The position numbers and the translations under genes were made by a program. A stretch of DNA of 64,000 bases from Ascoidea asiatica JCM 7603 (Eukaryota; Fungi; Ascomycota). This document shows, in pieces, positions 10,044 to 21,440 of this stretch (position 1 is the stretch's first letter; each line of letters begins with the position of its first letter). The notes under the pieces were generated by a model. That model was given only the letters and a program-made list of their open reading frames with translations, was not told where the DNA came from and searched no databases. The stretch lies in the NCBI GenBank assembly GCA_001600695.1, contig BCKQ01000001.1, forward strand, positions 1,418,826-1,482,825, in the 5' to 3' direction.

Positions 10044-11915
10044 ATGTTGTTTATTAGAAGATTTAATAGTTTTAAGAGATATAATATTTATAATAATGTA
10101 TTAAAAAGAAGATATAGTATATTAAATTTAAAAAAGGTTGAAAATAGAAATGAGGAAATAAATTATTTTAATGAAGAAAAAAGGGAATTAATATTAACAA
10201 TTTTAAATTCAGCAGCAACTAAAAGAGAAGCTAAAACATATTTTGAGAAATATTCACCATTAATTGGTATAAATGAAATGAATAAAAAAGATGAATTAAT
10301 TAAGATTTTATTAAATAATTTAAATTTTCAAAAAAAAGAAAAAGAAGAAGAAGAAGAGATAGTTATGAAGAATGAATTAAATAAAGTTTATAGAATTTCA
10401 ATAATTAAAATTAAAGATATTAATAAAATTTCTAAAGATATTTTAAAAAAAATTTGTTTAACATTATTAAAATTAATTAAATTAGGAGTTAGTCCAATTA
10501 TAATTCTTGAAAATTCTGAACTTTTAAATTATTATAATAATAATGATATTAAAGAAAATGAAAATGTATATAAAGAAGTTAATTTAAAATATTTAAAAGA
10601 ATATAATTTATTAATTGAAACAATTGAAGAGATAAATAAAAATGAAATTAAAAAAGGAAATTTTAATAATATTATAAATTCTAAATTTCTTAATGGAATT
10701 TTTTCAATATATGAGGATGAGGAAGATAAAATTAAATTAAATTTTAATGAAAATATTTTAATTTCTTTAATTCAAGAAAATTTATTAATAATTTATCCAA
10801 ATGGTATTAAAATTAAAAATAATAAAATTAAATTTATTTCAAGTAATTTAATTATAAAGATTTTATTTAAAGATTTAATTAAATTTAAATTTAAAAAATT
10901 ATTTAAAATTGAAAAAATTATATTTATTGAAGAATTTGGTGGTATATCATCAATTAAAAGATTTAATGGTAGTCATATTTTTATAAATTTAAAACAAGAA
11001 TATAATAAAATTATTAAAGAATTAAAAGAGAATGAAAATTTAAATGAAATTTATAAAATTGAATATATAAAAAATTTAAAAATTATTAAAGAAATTTTAG
11101 ATTATAATGGTGATTATAATGGTGATTATAATGGTGATTGTAATGATGAATGTACATTTATTATAACTACAGGTAAAATTGCAAGTAATAAATTTCAAAA
11201 TCCAATAATTTATAATATTTTAACAGATAGATCAATAATTTCATCATCATTACCAAATTATTTTAAAAAAACATCAAAATTATCAACAACAATAATTAAA
11301 AATGGATTTAATGTTAAAATTTTAAAACATGATAAAAAATTAAAAAAAAATGGAATTGATTTAATTGAAGAAGATAAATTAGGTAATATAAATTTAAAAA
11401 AATTAAAAGAATTAATTGATGATTCATTTAAAAAATCAATAAATTTAAAAAATTATTTAAATAGAATAAATGGTAAAATTGCATGTATAATAATTGTTGG
11501 AGATTATGAAGGTGGAGCAATAATAACATATGAAGAAAATTTAAATGATAATAATAAATTAATTAAAGTACCATATCTTGATAAATTTGCAGTTAAAAGA
11601 AAATTTCAAAGTTCAACTGGAGTTGCAGATATTATTTTTAATTGTATTGTTAATGAAATTTTTAAAAATGAATTAATTTGGAGATCTAATTTTTTAAATC
11701 CAGTAAATAAATGGTATTTTGAACGTTCAAAAGGTAATATGTGCCTTATTGGAACAGAATGGAGATTATTTTGGGTTGGAAATGCAACAAGAGAGACTGA
11801 GGGAGCATTAGGGGCATACGCCGCAATCTGCCGCAGCATACAGCCCTCGTGGGACACCGAGGAGACCATTCAGGGACAGACCATTCAGGGACAGACTGAT
11901 ATATGTAGTAGTTAG
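10044..11915 (+). CDS. ARG2: Mitochondrial N-acetylglutamate synthase
   Basis: Arg-rich presequence, RELILTILNSAATKREAKTY, GSHIFINLKQEY, NPIIYNILTDRSIISSSLP, GDYEGGAIITYE, VPYLDKFAV, NPVNKWYFERSKG, IQPSW. Confidence 0.93.
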   Translation: MLFIRRFNSFKRYNIYNNVLKRRYSILNLKKVENRNEEINYFNEEKRELILTILNSAATKREAKTYFEKYSPLIGINEMNKKDELIKILLNNLNFQKKEKEEEEEIVMKNELNKVYRISIIKIKDINKISKDILKKICLTLLKLIKLGVSPIIILENSELLNYYNNNDIKENENVYKEVNLKYLKEYNLLIETIEEINKNEIKKGNFNNIINSKFLNGIFSIYEDEEDKIKLNFNENILISLIQENLLIIYPNGIKIKNNKIKFISSNLIIKILFKDLIKFKFKKLFKIEKIIFIEEFGGISSIKRFNGSHIFINLKQEYNKIIKELKENENLNEIYKIEYIKNLKIIKEILDYNGDYNGDYNGDCNDECTFIITTGKIASNKFQNPIIYNILTDRSIISSSLPNYFKKTSKLSTTIIKNGFNVKILKHDKKLKKNGIDLIEEDKLGNINLKKLKELIDDSFKKSINLKNYLNRINGKIACIIIVGDYEGGAIITYEENLNDNNKLIKVPYLDKFAVKRKFQSSTGVADIIFNCIVNEIFKNELIWRSNFLNPVNKWYFERSKGNMCLIGTEWRLFWVGNATRETEGALGAYAAICRSIQPSWDTEETIQGQTIQGQTDICSS

Positions 11916-11928
11916 GACAGTACGAAAT

Positions 11929-12204
11929 TGTAATAAGAAATTGTAATGAGAAAGAGAGAGAATGTAATGAGAGAGAATGTAATGAGAAAGAGAGACGAGA
12001 GAAGAGACGAGAGAAGAGAAGAGAGAAGAGAGAAGTGAGAGAAAGAGAGAGATTGTAATGAGAGAGAGAGAGAAAGAGAGAGGAGAGAAGAGAGAGGAGA
12101 GAGACTGAGAGAAAGAAAGAGAGAAGAGAGATTGTAATAAAGAAATTGTAATGAAGAGAGACTGTGAGAATGTAATGAGAGAATGTAATGAGAGAGAGAG
12201 AGAC

Positions 12205-12238
<34 letters not shown>

Positions 12239-12280
12239 GGAGAGAGAGAAAGAGAGAGTGTAATGAGAAAGAGAGAAGTG
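11929..12280. repeat. Polypurine (GA/GAA) low-complexity tract punctuated by about 10 TGTAAT(G/A)A units
   Basis: Read directly from the sequence. Confidence 0.9.
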
Positions 12281-12364
12281 AAGAACTGTTCAAAGTGAGA
12301 CTCGCACGTTTTGTTTCTTTCCCGTGTTTGTGTCTGTTGTTGGGAAGCAGTCAGGTGACCGCAC

Positions 12365-12372
12365 CACGTGAC
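12365..12372. promoter_or_regulatory. Cbf1-type site CACGTGAC upstream of SRP72
   Basis: CACGTGAC about 210 bp before the ATG, followed by TATATA and a (GAA)n tract at 12463-12520. Confidence 0.6.
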
Positions 12373-12578
12373 CAGTAGTATATATCAGTTGAAGTGATCA
12401 ACTTTTAAAGGACTTTTAAAGGACAGCCAGTTTAAACGAGATTCAAAAGAAGGTCTAACCACAGAAGAAGAAGAAGAAGAAGAAGAAGAGGAACAAGAAG
12501 AAGAAGAAGAACAAGAAGAACAAGCGCTGATAAGAGGAATACACAATACTTCAATCCATCAACTTATACTACAACACA

Positions 12579-15080
12579 ATGGCAACATTAACTGATTCTG
12601 TAAATAATTTGAATCTTGGTTCAAAAAATCTTGAAAATAATCAACTTTTCTTAAAAGGTAAAGCTTTATTACAACTTAATTTAAATTCATTTAATAAAAA
12701 TTCTTATATTCAATTTAATAATATAATAATTGATTTAATTTCAATTGATAAATATAATTTATCTTTAAATTTAATTAATCTTTTTAAATCTTCAAAATTT
12801 AATAATTTAAAAATTTTAAAAAATTTAAATTTTAAAAATTTTTTAATTTTAGAAACTTCTTATATTTATTATAAATTAGCTGATCATAAAAATTTTAATA
12901 ATTTAATTTCAAAAATTAATTTAAAAGATAATAATAATGATAATAATAATGATAATTATTTTAAAAATTCTATATTACATTTAAAAGCTCAAGAATTTTA
13001 TACAATTGGAAATTATTTTAATTCATTTTTAATTTATAATTATTTAATTTCAATTTCAAATTTAAATAATTTTGATAATAATTTAGATCTTTTAATTAAT
13101 CAAAGAGCTTCATTATCTCAAATTAATTCTAATTTTTTAAATTTAATTTCAAATTCAATTTTATTTAAAAATTTATTTAATAATAATTTAAATTTAAATT
13201 TAAATTCTTATGATTTATTATTTAATAATTCTTTAATTTATTTAAATTTAAATAATTTAAATTTAAATTCAAATAATTTAATTCAATCAAAAAATTTATT
13301 AAATTTAGCTAAAATTAAATCTCAATCTCTTCTATCTAATCAACATAATGATAATGATAATCAACATAATAATAATGATCAAGATATAAATTATTTTCAA
13401 GAAATTTTTCCAATTTTTTTACAATTATCTTATATTAATCAAATTTCAAATATTAATGATAATAAAGAATCTTTAAATATTTTAAATAATTTAAAATTAA
13501 AATTTAATTCAATTTTATTTAATAATAATATTAATAATCCTTCAATAAATTTATTAAAATTATTATTTTTTAATAATTATTATTCTAATTTTAATGACAT
13601 AAATAATAAAAATTCAAATTTAATTTTAAATCAAATTAATTATAATAATTATATTCCAAATTTAATTAAAACAACAAAATTATTACCTTCTCAATTAAAT
13701 ATTTTAAAAAGAAATGAATTTTTATTAAATTTTAAAATTTTAAAAAATTTTAAATCTCAATATTCTAATTTTTCAAAATTATTTAAAAATAATATACAAA
13801 ATAATAATACCATTACCAATAATTATGATATTAAAAATGATTTAAATGATAATGAATTTAATATTTTAAATAATTATCTTAATAAAAATAATATTAATTT
13901 AAATTTAATTCAAAAATTTAATTCCTCAATTTCTTATGAAAATTCTTTTGAAAATTCTTTTGAAAATTTTAATACTTTAGGTTTAATTTCTTTATATGAA
14001 TCAAATTTAATTAATAATATAAATTTTAATGATAATAATGAATCTTTAATTAAATTTAATCAATTATCAAAAAATTTTTATAAATATTTAATTAAAAAAA
14101 TTTTTTTATTATTTAATAATAAAAATTTTAATTTAATTTCAAATGAATTTAATTTTAAATTTAAAAAAATTATTTCAGCTTCTTTAATTTCTTCTCATTT
14201 ATTAATAACTTATGATAATTATAATTATAATGCTTGTATAAAATTATTAGAATCTTTAATTTATTTTCCAAAATCTAATGAAGATCTAAAAAATTCACAA
14301 AATTCACAAAATTCATTTTCAATTTTAATTTCATCTTTAAAAATTTCTTCAAATGAAATTTTATCAAAATATTTCTCAATTTTATCAATTTTATTATCTT
14401 TATATATTTCAATTGGTTCAAGAAAAAATTTATTAAAAATTTTTAATATTGTTTATAATTTTTATAAAATTAATAAAATTTCAAATTTTAATCAATTTAA
14501 TTTCTTAAAAAATTTCTCAATTAAATTTTATTCAATTTCAATTTCAAATTTAAATTCAAATAATCAATTTTCAAAAAATTGTAAAGATTTATTTCAAATT
14601 TTATTTCAATTTAATAATAATGATCAATTAATTAATGATTTATTAAATAATAAACTTTCAACTACTACTATTATTGATATTAATATTAATATTAATAATA
14701 ATAATAATAATTTAAATTATGATTCTTTAATAACTAATGATTTTGAAAATTTATTAAATGAAAAATTAATTGATGATTCTACTTTATTAAAAAATATTAT
14801 AAAAGAAAAACATAAAAGAATTAGAAAAATTCCTCAACATCCTTCAAAATCATTAAAAATTGATAATGAAAGATGGCTTCCAATGAAAGATAGATCTTAT
14901 TATAAACCAAGTAGAAAAGAAAGAAAAGCTCTTCAATTTACTCAAGGTGGTAATGCTGATAATACAACTGAAGAAAGTGGAATTATTAGTAATAATAATA
15001 ATAATAATAAAGTTTCAAAACCTTCAAATAGAAGTTCAAATATGAATAAAAAAAAGAAAAAAGGTGGAAAAAGAAAATAA
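12579..15080 (+). CDS. SRP72: Signal recognition particle subunit Srp72, Asn-expanded
   Basis: LETSYIYYKL, ILHLKAQEFYTIGNY, INQRASLSQ, and the C-terminal SRP-RNA-binding signature KHKRIRKIP..P....IDNERWLPMKDRSYYKP...TQGG with a KKKKGGK tail. Confidence 0.9.
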   Translation: MATLTDSVNNLNLGSKNLENNQLFLKGKALLQLNLNSFNKNSYIQFNNIIIDLISIDKYNLSLNLINLFKSSKFNNLKILKNLNFKNFLILETSYIYYKLADHKNFNNLISKINLKDNNNDNNNDNYFKNSILHLKAQEFYTIGNYFNSFLIYNYLISISNLNNFDNNLDLLINQRASLSQINSNFLNLISNSILFKNLFNNNLNLNLNSYDLLFNNSLIYLNLNNLNLNSNNLIQSKNLLNLAKIKSQSLLSNQHNDNDNQHNNNDQDINYFQEIFPIFLQLSYINQISNINDNKESLNILNNLKLKFNSILFNNNINNPSINLLKLLFFNNYYSNFNDINNKNSNLILNQINYNNYIPNLIKTTKLLPSQLNILKRNEFLLNFKILKNFKSQYSNFSKLFKNNIQNNNTITNNYDIKNDLNDNEFNILNNYLNKNNINLNLIQKFNSSISYENSFENSFENFNTLGLISLYESNLINNINFNDNNESLIKFNQLSKNFYKYLIKKIFLLFNNKNFNLISNEFNFKFKKIISASLISSHLLITYDNYNYNACIKLLESLIYFPKSNEDLKNSQNSQNSFSILISSLKISSNEILSKYFSILSILLSLYISIGSRKNLLKIFNIVYNFYKINKISNFNQFNFLKNFSIKFYSISISNLNSNNQFSKNCKDLFQILFQFNNNDQLINDLLNNKLSTTTIIDINININNNNNNLNYDSLITNDFENLLNEKLIDDSTLLKNIIKEKHKRIRKIPQHPSKSLKIDNERWLPMKDRSYYKPSRKERKALQFTQGGNADNTTEESGIISNNNNNNKVSKPSNRSSNMNKKKKKGGKRK

Positions 15081-15305
15081 AATTAAAAATGAAAAGAACA
15101 AAAACTTTCATAATGTAATTAATATTTATAACTAAAAAAAAGAAAAAACAATTTTATATTTTTTATATACAGTAAACAGTATATATATACAATTTTATTG
15201 ACCAAATTGAAAAGAAAAAAAATGTGTATTTACCAAATTTTAATAAATTAATAGATTTTATTTTGTACATTTATAATTCATAAATTTTTTTTTTTTTAAA
15301 AACAT

Positions 15306-17033
15306 TTAATCAAGTCCAATGATTTTATTGAATAATTTTTCACAAGGAACACTTGCACGTAATCTAGCACATAAAAGAAAAACTCCACTAAATTTTCTAT
15401 GTAAACTATAAGTTTCTTCAGGTGGTGGTGATAATCTTTCATTAATCATAACACCTACATTACCTCTAACTCTATCTGCAACATCTTGTGTTGAGAAATC
15501 ATATGAATTATTTTTATCATTATTAAATTTTCCAGAAAATGGTTCACCTAAAGCTAAAACTGAATTTATATGAGCATTAATCATTTTTGGAGATTCCATT
15601 CCAGTTAAATAACCTAATTTTTTTGAAAAAAATTCTATACCATCTCTATCTTCTTTAACAGCAGCTCTTAAAACAGAACAATAATTTTTAATAAATTCAT
15701 CACTAAAATCTCTTGAAGCACCAAAATCTAAAAGTTCAATTTTTTTTGTTTTTGAATTATATAAAAAATTTGCCCAATTTGGATCAGTTTGCATAAATTT
15801 AAATTTTCCAATTTCTAATAAACAAAGTCTCATAATATTTGTTGCAATCATATTTCTTATTTCTTGATCCCAATTTCCTTTAACAATTTCAATTCCATTC
15901 ATTTTTTCCATTGTTAAAACATGTTCACTTGATAAATTATGAATAACTCTTGGAACTATAAAAACTGGATCATCTTTTAATAAATCATAAAATCTAACTA
16001 AACTTTGAGATTCACGTATATAATCACATTCCCATTTTAATTCAATTCTTGCATTTGCAACAGATTTATCTAAAAATAAACCAGCAGGTAATAATCTTGA
16101 AGCAGTTAATAACATTAAAAGATTATTCAAATCAGAATCAATAGAATCTACAACACCAGGATATTGAACTTTAACAACTACAGGTAAATGAGTTTCTTTT
16201 GTAATTGCAGAATGAACTTGACCAATTGAAGCAGCTGCCATTGGAATATCTTCAAAACTTGAAAATAATCTTTCACGCCAATTTTGTCCCAATTCAGAAG
16301 ACATAACTTGTTCTAATTGTCCAGCAGGCATATAATGAGCAGAATTTTGAACTCTTAAAAGAATTTGTTGAATTTCTTTTGGTAAAATTGAAGAATCTTG
16401 AAAAGACATCATTTGTCCAACTTTTAAAGCTGCACCTCTCATTTTTGAAAATTTTTTTGCCATTCTTTCAATATTTTTAGGTGATAATATTAATGAATTA
16501 AGTGAGATTGATTGATTTGAACCAGATGCAAATCTTTTAATTCCTTCAGTTGCAGCTCCATAACTAACCCCAGCGGCTAAAGATCCATAATGAAATAATC
16601 TTCCAAGTCTTGAACTTGGAACTGGAGAACTTTTCATTTCAAATTCTGGTTTTTCTTTTTCACCAATTATACCTGAAATATTTACTTTATTTTCATATTC
16701 ATTTAAACAATTTTTATAAGTTGAAAAAGATCTTGAACCAAATGGAATATTTTTTTTATCAGTTGATGAATTTAAATTATTAATTTTAGTTGAGGAAATT
16801 GCAAAATCCGATTTTTTTCTAGCAATATTAAATATATCATTTCTATCATTACTAGTTTTAACAAAAATTGAATTTAATACATCATTTTTATGTCTCAATA
16901 TTAAATTTATTATATATGATTGATGTATTTCATTACTTATTTCATTTTTAAATACATTAGCAGAATTACATGTAACTTTCGAAGCCGATGAAAGTACACA
17001 CGAAATATCATATAACTTTTTCCCTAAAGACAT
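15306..17033 (-). CDS. COQ8: ABC1/UbiB atypical kinase Coq8
   Basis: VPSSRLGRLFHYG, MRGAALKVGQMMS, AAASIGQVH, VKVQYPGV, MQTDPNWANF, LLDFGA, PPPEETYSLHRKFSG. Confidence 0.96.
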   Translation of the reverse strand: MSLGKKLYDISCVLSSASKVTCNSANVFKNEISNEIHQSYIINLILRHKNDVLNSIFVKTSNDRNDIFNIARKKSDFAISSTKINNLNSSTDKKNIPFGSRSFSTYKNCLNEYENKVNISGIIGEKEKPEFEMKSSPVPSSRLGRLFHYGSLAAGVSYGAATEGIKRFASGSNQSISLNSLILSPKNIERMAKKFSKMRGAALKVGQMMSFQDSSILPKEIQQILLRVQNSAHYMPAGQLEQVMSSELGQNWRERLFSSFEDIPMAAASIGQVHSAITKETHLPVVVKVQYPGVVDSIDSDLNNLLMLLTASRLLPAGLFLDKSVANARIELKWECDYIRESQSLVRFYDLLKDDPVFIVPRVIHNLSSEHVLTMEKMNGIEIVKGNWDQEIRNMIATNIMRLCLLEIGKFKFMQTDPNWANFLYNSKTKKIELLDFGASRDFSDEFIKNYCSVLRAAVKEDRDGIEFFSKKLGYLTGMESPKMINAHINSVLALGEPFSGKFNNDKNNSYDFSTQDVADRVRGNVGVMINERLSPPPEETYSLHRKFSGVFLLCARLRASVPCEKLFNKIIGLD

Positions 17034-17616
17034 TGCAAAGAAAACAAAGTCTACTTAACTAAAAAAAACAGTCAATTTAATTGAATTGAAACTGAAAGTA
17101 CTTGAAGCATTGAATGAATCAATAAATAGAAAGAGACAAGAAAAGAAAAGAAAAGAAAATAAATCAAGTTCATCACTTCCATCAATTCCATTTGCCTTTT
17201 AAACTTCTAATAAATTATTCACTTTCCTCGAAATCAACTGGAGAAAGGAGACCCGAGAAAGTGGTGTTGATTCTGGCTGTGGCAGTTTAGTCTCGTGACC
17301 TCCATTAGACTTTACCGCTTTTATAATTTTATTGTTTTGTTTATTCGCTTTCCTTTTGTTTTGTTTACTTTTTTGGATCTCTGTTGGCATTGTGATTAGA
17401 GTTGAAGACATTCAAAAATTAACTTGAAGATTAATTACTGAATTGAATTTGATCAATTAAAATTGAATCAAATAAAATAAATTTAAGTTGAATTAGCATT
17501 AATCAAATCTCATCAAATTGAATTAGATTAAATCTCAATAGACACTCGTTTTTTTTCTTTCTTTCATTTTCTTTTTCAGTTAATCACTCAATGAAGTTTT
17601 GATTAGTTCAATTCAA

Positions 17617-19698
17617 ATGGCTAGAAAATCAGGTATAAAAATAATTGAATTCTTAAGAGGTCGTATTTACCTTGGTGCTTATGATAATACTCCTCAAGAT
17701 ACTGCAGAAACTGTCTTTTTCACTGTAGAAGATAATCTTCCATATAACTCATTTCATCTTGATTTTGGTCCTCTACATCTTGGAAATTTGTATAGATTTG
17801 CAGTTGTTCTTCATAATATATTAAATGAAGATTCAAATCAGGGAAAGGCAATTGTATTTTATTCCTCAACTACTTCTAAAGATAGAGCTAATGCTGCATG
17901 TTTGCTTTGTTGTTATATGATTTTAGTTCAATCTTGGTCTCCACATCAAGTATTACAACCTATAGCTCAAATTGATCCTCCATTAATGCCATTTAGAGAT
18001 GCAGGATATTCTCATGCTGATTTTGAAATATCAATTCAAGATATAGTTTATGGAGTTTGGAGAGCTAAAGAAAGAAATATGATTGATTTAACAAATTTTA
18101 ATCTTGAAGAATATGAACAATTTGAAAAAGTTGAAGAAGGTGATCTTAATGTAATTTCAAAAGATTTTATTGCTTTTGCTTCTCCGCAACAATCTAGACC
18201 TGGTGCTACTTTAAATAAACCTTTTACAAAAGTTTTAGATTTTTTCGTGAAAAATAATATTCAATTAGTTGTAAGATTAAACTCTCATTTATATGATAAA
18301 AGAGAATTTGAAAAAAAAGGAATTCAACATCTTGATATGATTTTTGATGATGGAACTTGTCCAACAATGGAAATTGTTCAAAATTTTATTGGTGTTGCAG
18401 AAGGTGTAATAGCTAATGGTGGCAAAATTGCTGTTCATTGTAAAGCAGGTTTAGGTAGAACTGGTTGTTTAATCGGTGCACATTTAATATATACACATGG
18501 TTTTACTGCAAATGAATGTATTGGTTATATGAGAATGATTCGTCCAGGAATGGTTGTTGGTCCACAGCAGCATTGGCTTTATTTACATCAAAATGATTTT
18601 AGAAATTGGAGATATACAATGGTACTTGATCCAAAACCTAAACAATCTTTGGGTGGATTTTCAACTTTAATTACTTATGAAGCTTTCAAAGCTAGACAGA
18701 GATCAATTAAAAAATCAATTGTAACTCCAGTTCGAAGAAGAGTTTCAACACAAATGAAAAAAAGTGTTTATACTGCGGTTCCTATGCAATCTCCTGGTCA
18801 ACCTCGTAAAGCTCCTGAAATTATTAATGGAATATCAAATAATTCTGATGATGAAGAAAATTATGATGAATATGATTCAAATATAATTGATCAAAATTCT
18901 GATCATAACGAAATATACAATGATAATAATAACAATATTAATAACAATAATAGCAATAATAATCATAATATTAATAATGATCATGAGTCCAATAATGGAA
19001 ATAATGAAGATAATACCAATAATGAAAATAATATTGATAACATAAACAATAGTAATAGTAATAATAATAAGAGTCCCAGAAATGTAGGAAATATAAATAA
19101 TGTTAATAATCATGATTCAAAAAATAAAAAAAAAGACTCATCTCCTCCTAATTCTGCATCAAAAATGACAAGTATAAATAAAGTTCATGCAAATGGAAAT
19201 AATAATAAATCTTTAAGAGATATAAGTGAAGAAAAAAATGATTTAATTAATCAAGATTATAATTCAAAATATAAAATTCAGGATACTCATAAAAATAATC
19301 AAAATAGTAATAATAATTCAAATGAATTCGATCATCTTCCTGAAGAATCTAAAGAAAATTTATTAGTGATGAATAATCCTCAAAGAGAAAAAAGATCACC
19401 TCCAACATCTTGGAGAGTTCTTCGTTCTATAACTAATCCAAATTCAAGAAGATCATCTTCCCCACCTTCTAAACCTACTCAGGTAGCACAATCTACAGGA
19501 AAAGTACTTCCATCTTCAACACAAATCCCAGGTTCTATCTCATCTTCGCCTGTCACAGATGGAAATCAAATTTTACCAAAATCTAGGCCTCGATCAATGG
19601 GTAGAACAAGAAATTCAATGATAACACAACAAGGTTCAACTGAGAAAGTGATCAATGGAGGAGGAATTAGAAAAACAAGTTCCTCAAAAAGAGGTTAA
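17617..19698 (+). CDS. CDC14: Dual-specificity phosphatase Cdc14
   Basis: IEFLRGRIYLGAY, FHLDFGPL, PFRDAGYS, catalytic AVHCKAGLGRTG, RPGMVVGPQQHWL, SPGQPRK. First ATG at 17617. A forkhead-like TTGTTTAC lies at 17361. Confidence 0.97.
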   Translation: MARKSGIKIIEFLRGRIYLGAYDNTPQDTAETVFFTVEDNLPYNSFHLDFGPLHLGNLYRFAVVLHNILNEDSNQGKAIVFYSSTTSKDRANAACLLCCYMILVQSWSPHQVLQPIAQIDPPLMPFRDAGYSHADFEISIQDIVYGVWRAKERNMIDLTNFNLEEYEQFEKVEEGDLNVISKDFIAFASPQQSRPGATLNKPFTKVLDFFVKNNIQLVVRLNSHLYDKREFEKKGIQHLDMIFDDGTCPTMEIVQNFIGVAEGVIANGGKIAVHCKAGLGRTGCLIGAHLIYTHGFTANECIGYMRMIRPGMVVGPQQHWLYLHQNDFRNWRYTMVLDPKPKQSLGGFSTLITYEAFKARQRSIKKSIVTPVRRRVSTQMKKSVYTAVPMQSPGQPRKAPEIINGISNNSDDEENYDEYDSNIIDQNSDHNEIYNDNNNNINNNNSNNNHNINNDHESNNGNNEDNTNNENNIDNINNSNSNNNKSPRNVGNINNVNNHDSKNKKKDSSPPNSASKMTSINKVHANGNNNKSLRDISEEKNDLINQDYNSKYKIQDTHKNNQNSNNNSNEFDHLPEESKENLLVMNNPQREKRSPPTSWRVLRSITNPNSRRSSSPPSKPTQVAQSTGKVLPSSTQIPGSISSSPVTDGNQILPKSRPRSMGRTRNSMITQQGSTEKVINGGGIRKTSSSKRG

Positions 19699-20225
19699 AA
19701 ATAATTTATATATTCATAATGAATCAATTGAATTTTCTATTCAGCTTTTCAAAATTTTCTTCAATTCTGAATTTATTGGTTAATAATATCAACTTTCTTT
19801 TATATTTATTAATTTTCATTACATTTTCTTGATTGCTTATATCCATAATGTTTATATCCCTTTTATTTCAATTTTATTTTTCAGTTTTATTCTCTTTTTT
19901 ATTGTTCATTTTAATTTTTTTTTTATAAATTTTTATCCTTCTTTTTATAGAATACAAAAAATACCAGACATCTCAAAACACAAATCAGTTTGTTTTGAAA
20001 TGAAATTATATAATATATTAGAAAATTTCTTGTAGGTCATTTTACATCATAATGATTATTAAAACGCTTTATAAGAAAATTTCTTTACAAAAATAAATAT
20101 CAAAATAGCATAGATAATGTTACATTAAAAGACATTGATTAATCTATATAAATTTCTCTCAGTTAAAATAGATTTATATGATAAAATATAATAAATTTTG
20201 AAAGAATATAACATAAACAAATCGA

Positions 20226-21090
<865 letters not shown>

Positions 21091-21199
21091 TTTGAACTAT
21101 TATTTCGATAATCTATTGTTTTCTATAACTCTAGTTGAATATCCAATTCTTGAAATAATATATTGAAATGCTTTTGTTGTATGACCTACCACTTTCAAT

Positions 21200-21440
21200 A
21201 TTATTCATGGTTTGCGATCGTTTGCAGAGAGACTGATTTGGTAAGCAAACACTGAGCTTCAGCAAACTTCCAACATCCATTCCAATCTTTTTCCTTGGTA
21301 ATTCAAAATACCCACACGTGCAGAGCATGTGCCAAATAATGAAACCAGTCCTGGAGGGCGAGCGTCTCACTTGAAAAATAAAGTGCCCTTACTGTAAACA
21401 CGTGTAGGGGTTTTGTTTTAAGAGCCCTTTGTGTGCTGTT
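21200..21440 (-). promoter_or_regulatory. RPL40 upstream GC island with two CACGTG and several GCCCT/AGGGC sites
   Basis: CACGTG 21315-21320 and 21399-21404; AGGGC 21355; GCCCTT 21385; AGCCCT 21423. Confidence 0.6.

Noticed and set aside
11606-12378. ORFs 11606-11869(-), 11808-12293(-), 12151-12378(+)
   Set aside because: Antisense shadow of ARG2, or translations of the GA tract (SL/ER repeats).
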